From the NCBI GenBank assembly GCA_963845755.1, contig CAWJTV010000005.1, forward strand, positions 608,001-672,000: DNA of 64,000 nt. Direction: 5' to 3'. Numbering within the stretch: the first letter of the stretch is position 1; each line of letters opens with the position of its first letter. Of this stretch, positions 55,496 through 64,000 are shown piece after piece. The translations under genes and the position numbers were made by a program. A model generated the notes under the pieces. That model saw only the letters and a list, made by a program, of their open reading frames with translations. It was not told the origin of the DNA and searched no databases. The stretch comes from an uncultured Planctomycetota bacterium (lineage in GTDB: Bacteria; Planctomycetota; Planctomycetia; Isosphaerales; Isosphaeraceae).

Positions 55496-56374
55496 TCAGC
55501 TCGGTCCCGGCTTGATCCGGGTCACGGTTCGTCCCGTACGATCGAGGGCCACCGCGAAGGCGTCGGCGAGCGTGGCCTTGGTCGTGATATTTCCGAGGTC
55601 AACACCGAGGTGGACGATCGTCTGGGCAATCTGTGGGCGGATGCCGCTGATGATGCACTCCGCGCCCATGAGCCGGGCCGCGGTTACCGTCTTCATCAGA
55701 TGCTGTGCGGTGAGCGTATCGACCGTGGGTACGCCGGTGATGTCGATGATGGCGATCACCGAGCCGGTCTCCAGGATCCTCTGCAGCAGGCTTTCCATCA
55801 CCAGTTGGGTCCGGGCGGTATCCAGCGTTCCGATCATCGGAAGGGCGAGGATTCCCTCCCACAGCTTCACGACGGGTGTCAACAGCTCCAGCATGTCCTG
55901 TTGCTGCCGGTTGATCACCTCCTCGCGGCCTCTCTGATAGACTTCGGCCGTATAGAGTCCCAGGTTGTCCAGCAACTCGGTTGTCACCCAGGTGACATCG
56001 GCAAGCGACTGGGCATCACCGGCCAGTTCGCGGCGCAGGGACTCAAAGATCGGCTTCTTGAGCGAGAAGACGAACGAGGCGGTCTGCGAGGGACTGAAGC
56101 CCAGGGCCACCCTCGACCTGGAGAGATTCTCCAACAGCTCGCGCACTCCCTTCCACGGGGGAGTTTCAATGTCGGCGTCCTTCGATTGCACCAGGGTCGA
56201 CTTGAGCAGTTCAATGAACTCGGCGCTCTGATCGCGGATCTCCGATTCTTTCAGGGAAGTCCCCCGAGAACCCTGAGCCGACGATTGTTCCTTCATCCAA
56301 TCGGATAACAGAGTGGCCCCATGTCTGTTGAGGATCGTGGAGAGGCGATTGAGACTCTCACCGTTCTGGCTCAT
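55496..56374 (-). CDS. rsbR: Stressosome sensor RsbR (N-terminal helical domain + STAS)
   Basis: SRSRVALGFSPSQTA N-domain, then ELLTPV, IGTLDTAR, DITGVPTVDT and SGIRPQIAQT motifs. Confidence 0.93.
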   Translation of the reverse strand: MSQNGESLNRLSTILNRHGATLLSDWMKEQSSAQGSRGTSLKESEIRDQSAEFIELLKSTLVQSKDADIETPPWKGVRELLENLSRSRVALGFSPSQTASFVFSLKKPIFESLRRELAGDAQSLADVTWVTTELLDNLGLYTAEVYQRGREEVINRQQQDMLELLTPVVKLWEGILALPMIGTLDTARTQLVMESLLQRILETGSVIAIIDITGVPTVDTLTAQHLMKTVTAARLMGAECIISGIRPQIAQTIVHLGVDLGNITTKATLADAFAVALDRTGRTVTRIKPGPS

Positions 56375-56414
56375 TTCATGTTCCTAACGCGGCCTTCGGC
56401 CGCAACACAATCGG

Positions 56415-56485
56415 GATTCACGATTCGCGATTCCCCATGGACACTGGTTCGGGAATCGAGAACGTTGAATCACGAATCTTAATCT
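56415..56485. repeat. Inverted heptamer array forming a hairpin upstream of rsbR
   Basis: GATTCAC GATTCGC GATTCCC ... GGGAATC GAGAACG TTGAATC ACGAATC. Confidence 0.7.
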
Positions 56486-56774
56486 GGGCACTCAGGGAAA
56501 GCAGGGATCCGCGGATTGCCGTTTCAAGCCGGCTCGTGCGTCGGAATCTCGTCCTGTCGGGGCGTCATCGTCAGGAGCAACCTCCCATTGTCCGTCTCGG
56601 TTTCGGACGTCACTCTTCCTCCGACGGCGAAGTCAGATATTCTAAGAGAATCCTCGACGTTTTGTTCAGGACTTCTCGGAAAATCTCGGGAGTCGGTGTC
56701 TGATGGGACTACCCGCGTCCCTGCCGAAAGACTTGGATGAGAGCGGGACTCCCATTCGGAGACCGCAATCTTCG

Positions 56775-58597
56775 ATGCACGCACGCACCCATAGATACCA
56801 TTTCTTCGACTCGTTGTCGATAATACCAGCGGTAATTGTGTTAGCAACCTTGGCGTGGGGAACGATTATCTACCCCGCCGGCGCAACGGAGCCGATCGGG
56901 GAGCCACAGCTCGAGCGGCCGACGCTCCACTCGCTGGGAGTCACGTGGATGGTGCGCGGCGATCTCGATCGAAAGGCGTCGATACGGCTGGAATCCCGCA
57001 AGGCCGGGGCGACGCCATGGCGGAGCGGGGCACCCCTGTTTCGTGTGGAGCGTGGTGCGCACAGGAGGGAGCGATTCGGTAGCCGTCTGGAGGTCCCGGA
57101 GGATAGCTGGCTGTTCTCGGGGAGCGTCCTTTTCCTCGAGCCGGCGACTTCGTACGAGATCCGACTGACGCTGGTCGATCCGCCGCTCGGAACACGCGGG
57201 GACGAGCGGCGACGACGAGCCGAGTCTTGCGCGCCGCGACGCGCGCGGAGCCGCGGATTCCCGCCGGGGCGCGGCGACGGCACGTCGTCCCGGGCTCCGG
57301 CGGCGGCAGCGGTTCGCAGGACGATCCCTATCGCGGCCTGGCTGCCGCCCATTCGGCGTCGATCCCTGGCGAGGTCTACCTGCTCCACGCTGGGGTCTAT
57401 CCCGGACCCTGGGTCATCCGTCACAGTGGCACACCGGAGAAGCCCATCGTCTGGGCTGCGGCCGGCGACGGTCCGGCGGTCATCGACGGTCGGGGAGACT
57501 CTTCCCAGCGACCCACTCACGCCATCGAGGCTTCGGGAGCCCATGACGTCTGGTTTGAAGGACTCACGGTCCGCAACGCCATGCACGGCGTGACTTTTCA
57601 CGATGCCGCGCGCATCGTCGTCCGGCGCTGTCACATCTCGCAGGTCGATTACGGGATGAATGCGGCGCACAACACCCAGGGAAATGCCCAGGACCACTTC
57701 CTCGCGGATAACGTGATCGAGGGCCCCTCGACCTGGCCGCGCACGAAAGGAATTGAGGAAGCTCGCGGCATCCAGATCACCGGCGAAGGACATGTGATTT
57801 GTTACAACCGCATCAAGGGCTTCGCCGACGCGATCGATACCTTTCCTTCGCCCCGCTGTGCCGGCATCGACATCCAGAACAACGAGCTGAGCGAACTCAC
57901 GGACGACGGGATCGAGATGGATTACTCCGAGCGGAACAACCGATGCTTCTTCAATCGCATGACGAACGTCTTTCAGGGGATCTCGATGCAACCGGTCCAT
58001 GGCGGACCGGTTTACGTGTTCCGCAACGTGATGTATAACGTGGCGGTCGAGCCGTTCAAGTTGCACAACAGCCCCTCCGGCTGTCTGATCTTCCACAACA
58101 CTTCGCTAAAGCCAGGGATGCCCGCTTTGCTCTATACCTCCGAGAAAGTCCGGAACTGCTGGACGCGGAACAACGTGTTCGTCGGTGCAACGGCCGATTA
58201 TGCCTTCGATTGCACGGCCCCAATGGTCGATTGCGACTTCGACTACGACGGCTTCGGCGGCGGCCCGTTCCGGCTATTCCTCCGCTGGAACGGCGTGCGG
58301 TATTCGACATTGGACGACGTGCGAAAGCGTGCGCCGGTTCTGAACCATGCGATCCTGGTCGATTCGTCGAGGGCATTCGCTTCGAAGGCTCGGGCGCCGG
58401 AGAATGTGGCGCAGGCGCAGGCCATCCCCATCGATCTACGGCTCGCGCCTGGCTCGACGGCCATCGATGCCGGGCAGCCATTGCCGGGCCTCAACGATGG
58501 CTTCCGAGGTCGTGCGCCGGACCTCGGCGCGTACGAGCTGGGCGACCCACTGCCGCAGTACGGACCGCGCGAGGCCGTCAATCGGAACCGGCCGTAA
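56775..58597 (+). CDS. Secreted right-handed parallel beta-helix protein (polysaccharide lyase-like), frameshift at ~57200
   Basis: Signal peptide, PTLHSLG...LEPATSYEI N-domain, LHAGVY, GT.EKPI, Asn-ladder repeats (CYNRI, FFNRM, FRNVM, FHNT) and AIDAG...APDLGAYE. Confidence 0.8.
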
Positions 58598-58872
58598 GGG
58601 CTGGTCCGTCGCCGCGGCAGCGGATCTGACAACTTGGCGAGTTCTTTCCCGTCGTCCCCCTATGGACGTCGGTCCTTCCAAGAGTCGCAACGGACGAGAC
58701 TCGGGAATTCAGCGCACCCGCGGATAAGAAAGCGACGGGCGTCCCGGCCGTTCCCTGATGGAGACGCTGGCCTTCTCCGCTACAATGGAGGGTCGGATGT
58801 AATGTGTTCAACTCGGCTGGACGAATCGCGAGGCTCGGAATGCAGGCGACGGTCGGTGTGGAAGGGAACACG

Positions 58873-61419
58873 ATGGGAGTGGCCGGCGAGGCCGAGATGG
58901 CCCCTGTGCCCGCACGCCCGCGCGTCAAGCCGGAGTTGCTGGCACCGGCCGGCGATCGGACTTGCTTGATCGCCGCGGTCGAGAACGGGGCCGACGCCGT
59001 CTACTTCGGCCTTCAGCGCCATAATGCCCGGATCCGAGCCCATAACTTCGATGGTGCGGATCTGCCCGAGGTCATGGGCTTGCTCCATCGACGGGGCGTG
59101 AGAGGTTACGTGACGCTGAACACGCTCGCCTTCACGAGCGAACTTCCCGACCTGGAGGCCACGGTACGTGAGCTGGTTTCGGGCGGCGTTCAACGCGCTG
59201 ATCGTCCAGGACATGGGCCTGGCGCGGCTGATTCGGGCAATCTCGCCGGACATCGAGATCCACGCCTCGACGCAGATGTCGATCACCAGCGCGGAGGGAG
59301 TTGAGCTGGCTCGCGACCTCGGCTGCTCGCGCGTGATCCTCGCCCGAGAGCTCTCACTCAACGAGATCGACCGCATCCATAAGGAGACCGACCTGCCGCT
59401 CGAAGTCTTCGTCCATGGTGCGCTGTGCGTGGCCTACTCCGGGCAATGTCTCACCAGCGAGGCTCTCGGGGGCCGGTCGGCCAATCGGGGCGAGTGTGCC
59501 CAGGCGTGCCGCATGCCCTATCAGATCGTTTGCGATGGCCGGCTCGTCAACCTCGATAACATCCAGTACCTCCTGAGCCCACAGGATCTCGCCGCCTACG
59601 ACCTGATCCCCCGGCTGATCGACCTGGGCGTCTCCAGCTTGAAGATCGAGGGCCGGCTCAAGACGGCCGAATACGTGGCGAACATCACGCGGCACTACCG
59701 TATGGCCATCGACGCGGCCTGGGCCGGACGGCCGATCGCTTTTTCACCTCGTGACGTCGAGGAGATGCAACTCTCATTCTCCCGCGGCTTTTCCCACGGA
59801 TTCCTCGACGGCAACGACCACAAGGTCCTTGTGCGGGGCGACTATTCCAAGAAGCGGGGGATTCTCCTGGGAGTGGTGGAATCGATCACGGCGGCCGGAG
59901 TGCTCCTGATGCTGGAAACCTCCGTCAAGCCCGGCGACGGCCTGGTGTTCGATGGTGACGAATCGATCGGCCGCGATGAACAGGGCGGCCGGGTTTTCGA
60001 GGTCATTCCGGTGGGGGCGAGGCGAACAACGCCCGCGACTGCCCGGGAAGCAGGCCGACGCATTGGGCCGTGTCGAGCTGCGGTTCGGGCGCCAGGCGAT
60101 CGATTTGCGCCGGCTGGCACCCGGGCAGCGGGTCTGGAAGACCGATGACCCCGAGCTGACGCGCCGGCTGCGCCGATCCTTCGAAGGCGCGCCGGGCCGC
60201 AAGGTGGACCTCGACATCACGGTCGTCGCCATCACCGGGGAGCCGCTTCGTGTCTCTGGGACAACGGCGACCGGCTACCGCGCAACCGCCGAATCGACCG
60301 AGCCCCTGGCGCACGCCGAGTCGCTGCCGGCCGATGAAGCACTCTTCACGGCACAGCTCGGCCGCATGGGCGGGACGATTTACCAGCTTCGCCGAGTGGA
60401 AGCCACGATCGAAGGTCAGCCGATGGTGCCGATGAGCCTGCTCAACCGGTTGCGCCGGCATCTCATCGAGCGGCTGGATACAGAAGCGACGAGCCCACTG
60501 ACCCGCGCGATCACGGCCGAGCCCGTACTGCCTAACCTGATCGAGTCCATCGCGGTCCGGCGCCAGCAACCAGCAGATGCGGTCGAGGTGTCCGTCCTAT
60601 GCCGGCGGACCGACCAGATCGAGGCGGCCGTCTCGCTGGGCATCGAGACCATCTATGCCGATTATCAGGACATCAAGGAGTATGATGGGGCGGTCACTGC
60701 GGCCCGTCGGGCGAACGCCGCCATCTACCTGGCGACACCGCGCATCGAGAAGCCTGGCGAAGGCAACATTTTCCACTACCTCGCCAAGCGCGGCGCCGAT
60801 GGCATCCTAGTGCGCAATGCCGGCGGGATGCACTACTGCGCCGAACGCGGGATCCCGTTCGTGGCGGATTTCTCGATGAACGCGGCCAACCCGCTCACGG
60901 TCGAGGTGCTTAAGACTCGGGGTGCTGTGCGGGTCACCGCGTCGTACGACTTGAATGTCGATCAGCTCCTGAACCTGCTCGACGCGACGCCGACTTCATG
61001 GCTCGAGGTCGTGATTCATCAGCAGATCCCAATGTTTCACATGGAGCACTGTGTCTACTGTGCGTTCCTGTCGCCTGGCACGGACGCGACCAACTGCGGC
61101 CGACCGTGCGACCATCACGATGTCAAGCTCCGCGATCGCGTCGGAACCGAGCACCCGCTGACGGCCGACGTGGGCTGTCGCAATACGCTTTTCAACGCCG
61201 TACCGCAGACCGCGGCTGAGTATCTGCCGCGGATTCTCGAGCACGGTGCGCGCCGCCCTCCGCATCGAGTTCCTCGACGACGCGCCGGGCGCGGTTGAGC
61301 GGACGATTCGTCTCTATCGGGAGGCGATCTCCGGTCAGCGTGACGGCAAGACCCTCTGGCGCGAACTGAAGGCTTCGAACCAGTACGGCGTCACGCGCGG
61401 GCCATTGGCTGTCCTCTGA
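58873..61419 (+). CDS. Peptidase U32 family protein with DUF3656 (RlhA-like RNA hydroxylation protein), frameshifts at ~59190, ~60050 and ~61255
   Basis: PELLAPAG, GADAVYFG, HASTQM, HGALCVAYSGQC, RSANRGECAQACR, LKIEGR and a second U32 module with EHCVYC. Confidence 0.9.
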
Positions 61420-61502
61420 GGCCGCCGATCGGTGGGGCACTTGGCGCCTGAGGATCACGCGTAGCTCCTCGGAGTCATCCCCGACAATCGCCCCGACCGC
61501 GG

Positions 61503-61817
61503 TCAATCTGTCTTCAGCTCGATCACGTAGTTGCGATGACGCTTGGTCCCGACGTTGGTGAGAAGATTGTCGATCTTGCCCTCGCCGACGACTCGAAACT
61601 CGACCTGGTCGTCGCGGAACTCGATGTCGCGGTCGTTCTCCGGATTGTCCGGGTCGGAGCTTCGGAGCTGGCCGCCCGACTCGACGAGGATCACGTAGTC
61701 GAGTCGATGGAGGTGTTTCTCCAGCGACTCACCCGGTGCCAGCGATACGTCCCAGACGCGCACGCGATCATTCTCGAAGAGCAACCGGGACCCCACCCAT
61801 TCGGATGGCTCGGCCAT
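61503..61817 (-). CDS. Small cupin-fold protein
   Basis: VGSRLLFENDRVRVW..LAPGE...H.H..DY...NVG...YVIELK pattern; GAGGAGG RBS. Confidence 0.8.
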   Translation of the reverse strand: MAEPSEWVGSRLLFENDRVRVWDVSLAPGESLEKHLHRLDYVILVESGGQLRSSDPDNPENDRDIEFRDDQVEFRVVGEGKIDNLLTNVGTKRHRNYVIELKTD

Positions 61818-62064
61818 CGTCAGATCCTCCTCGTCCTGCCCGAGCTGCTTCGTGCCGCGCACCCGCACAGCTCGCTCCAGCCACTCCGCAGCACCCGTCG
61901 AAGCGGTCCACGCCCCCTCGGTCAGTCGAACTCAGCATGAGCCAACCTGCCAGTCACTGCAAGAACAATGTCCTGGCAAGGCGACTTTCTCGAGGCGAAA
62001 CGGGTCGTCATTTCACGGCCGAATCACGACGGTTGCGGCTTGCGATCGCGGAACGCCATCGGTC

Positions 62065-62550
62065 TCAGCACCGCGTGTCGAGGGAATAAGCGCCCGTCTG
62101 GGTGCGGTCGTCGAAATGTCCCCATGGTCTTCGCGGATCGCAGCGATGGTCGGTGTCACGCGGCAATTGCGGCGATTCGCCGGATGGGCTGACGCCGGCG
62201 CGGTCGGCCGGCGATGTGGTTTCCATCGTTGAGAGCCGCGTGATCTCGACCCACCGAGGAAATCGGGAGCTAACCCGGACGGATCGATTAAAACCGACGG
62301 TGCCGATCGACAGCCCCAGGGCGGACAGCGCCATCGCGGTGTCCGGCCCGAATTTCAACGTCAGCCAACCGGGGCCGTCAACATGTCCCTGGTAGGGTGT
62401 GATGGAATAATTCGCCGGAAGGCGAAAGCTCGCCGTACAGGCTCCATCCGGCGTGATCAAGCCGAGTACATACCCCTTGTAGCTGATCGACCAGCGGGTG
62501 TGCGCGGGCATGTGGAGCGAAGTTGTGCCCGGTTGACGATGTGCGTCCAT
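62065..62550 (-). CDS. Hypothetical protein
   Basis: Open frame with a globular-looking N-terminal 100 aa; no recognised motif; C-terminus may be frameshifted. Confidence 0.4.
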   Translation of the reverse strand: MDAHRQPGTTSLHMPAHTRWSISYKGYVLGLITPDGACTASFRLPANYSITPYQGHVDGPGWLTLKFGPDTAMALSALGLSIGTVGFNRSVRVSSRFPRWVEITRLSTMETTSPADRAGVSPSGESPQLPRDTDHRCDPRRPWGHFDDRTQTGAYSLDTRC

Positions 62551-62848
62551 GTCGTTGCTTCCATGCTGCGGATGAGATTCAGACTCTGCGGAGGTCCATC
62601 GAGATCCCACCGAAGAAACCCCGATCATCACATGTTAGGCAATTCGGCGCCTTGATTGCAAGACCAAAGGCACAAAAAGGGGTTGGGAGAAAGGCGCGGC
62701 GCCGGACCATCCGCCCATGTGTCGCGGCGCATGCGCGCCTCTGTATATGGTCGAATGTCCACAATGGCGTGACGCCGCCCTGGTTGCTAGTCTAGGTTAG
62801 ACACGAATTGGACCACCGCCCATTGGAACCAGTCATGGAGGGCTGAAC

Positions 62849-63083
62849 ATGGCTCGACGCACCTCATCCGCACCGCCGCGCAATGGGGCCGAACCCACGC
62901 CCGGGAGCAACCCCAGGCGGATCGAGAAAGCCACCATCAACCTCCGCCTCCCCCTGGAAGCCCTGATGCGATTGAAGGTCCATTGTGCGCCTCGAGCGGC
63001 GAACGGCGTCCGACGTGGTGACCGATCTGATCGAGCAGAATCTGACCAAACACAAGGTCGTTACGCTCGAGGATGAGGAGTAG
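62849..63083 (+). CDS. Small ribbon-helix-helix (ParG/CopG-like) DNA-binding protein, frameshift at ~62990
   Basis: GGAGG RBS; corrected reading KATINLRLPLEALMRLKVHCALERRTASDVVTDLIEQNL...EDEE*. Confidence 0.7.
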
Positions 63084-63221
63084 ACCCCGGCGGGCTCAAC
63101 ACGGCCGAGAGGCGCAACGCCACCCGGTCGATGAAGGTCCGGCGCGGCGGGGGAGTTCCGGACTCACAACCTCTCGGCACTCGCTCGTGTTCGTCGATCG
63201 GCTCTCAAATCGCTCGAGGCT

Positions 63222-64000
63222 TCAACCCTTCGATCCGGTGGCTTCTGCCTTGGCCTCGTCGGGTGGGATCCAGTCGGGACCGAGCCCGGCTTGCTGGCGA
63301 AGCCAACCCATCCAGTGCTCGATCAGCTCACCTTCTGCCTGGGCACGGGCGACCATCTTGTATCGGAACTCGTCGCCATTGGGCGCGTACAATGCAGCGA
63401 AGGAGGCCGGCTCGCGATGATCGAGGGCCAGGACATAGAATATCGTTTCGGGTTGGTTGGGTGCGACCGCGGCCGAGCCGGTCTGGAGCGAGAAGTAGGC
63501 GTTTCGAAACGCATCGCCCGGATGGGGGACTTCGGGGATCGGCGACTCCTCGGGTTGCTCGATTTCAAATCGACCGGTGAGCAGGGTCGACTGTCGCCGC
63601 GCGATCGGAGGGATCGTCAGGACTCGGTATCCTTCGATCGTATTCTCCTTGATGGTACCCCCCTTGCTCTTGATCTGCTCGGCCATTCGATCGGCGGCCT
63701 TTTGTGCAAGGGGACGCGCCTGCTTCATCTTCCAGGCCAGCGAGACCTGCGAACGAACTTCGTCCAGGGTTGGGATGCGGGGTGGTACGTCCTTCAACTT
63801 GCGGACGAGGTATCGCGTCCCCATGATGTCGGTCAGCTCCTCCGGTTCGAAGAGAGTTGAACTTGGGGTCGAAGAATTCGTCGGCGAACTTGCGACCGCC
63901 ACTGAGCCGCGTCAGGCCGATCTCGGCGCCAGAGACCTGTCCATACGCGCTCGGCTTCCTCCCGGGAGAGCATCGGCGTGATCTCGTAGCCGAGCCCCTC
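63222..64000 (-). CDS. 3' part of a conserved hypothetical protein, possibly SurA/PpiD-like chaperone region (runs off the right edge)
   Basis: Long ORF with PTLDEVRSQV..AWK...ARPLA..AA and FRNAYFSL..G...VAPN; no start codon in window. Confidence 0.6.

Noticed and set aside
58873..61419. Collagenase/protease role for the U32 protein
   Set aside because: The Cys motifs and DUF3656 architecture fit the Fe-S RNA-hydroxylation (RlhA-like) subfamily, which is an established system.
61900..62850. tmRNA, RNase P RNA or riboswitch in the long non-coding-looking stretch
   Set aside because: No diagnostic termini or conserved cores were recognised by eye; an Rfam scan would be needed to exclude them fully.

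Overview
GC-rich bacterial chromosomal window with a Planctomycetota signature (DUF1501 plus DUF1549/DUF1553 cytochrome pair, DUF1559 prepilin-like protein, sulfatase, redoxin-monooxygenase fusion); Isosphaeraceae-like is an inference. It holds about 50 genes, mostly housekeeping or metabolic: ctpA-like protease, pepA, asnB, dtd, glmU, gatCAB, tal, selD and a U32/RlhA-like protein. About 30 small indels break otherwise intact genes, including essential gatA, so I read them as long-read consensus errors rather than pseudogenes, and CDS coordinates span the reconstructed genes. No rRNA, tRNA, CRISPR array or transposase was recognised. Most notable: (1) a complete stressosome operon (rsbR-rsbS-rsbT-rsbX-like) wired to two hybrid histidine kinases, one with a degenerate RsbT-like input domain; (2) a GH38-like protein lacking the catalytic Asp, directly downstream of DUF480; (3) a selD with no selenium partners in the window; (4) dispersed GATTCNN heptamer arrays; (5) an AT-rich repeat-containing patch; (6) a hidden ribbon-helix-helix gene with an upstream palindrome; (7) indels that cluster at GCGC/CGCG/TCGA sites, a possible methylation footprint. 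All family assignments are from motif recognition by eye; no searches were run.
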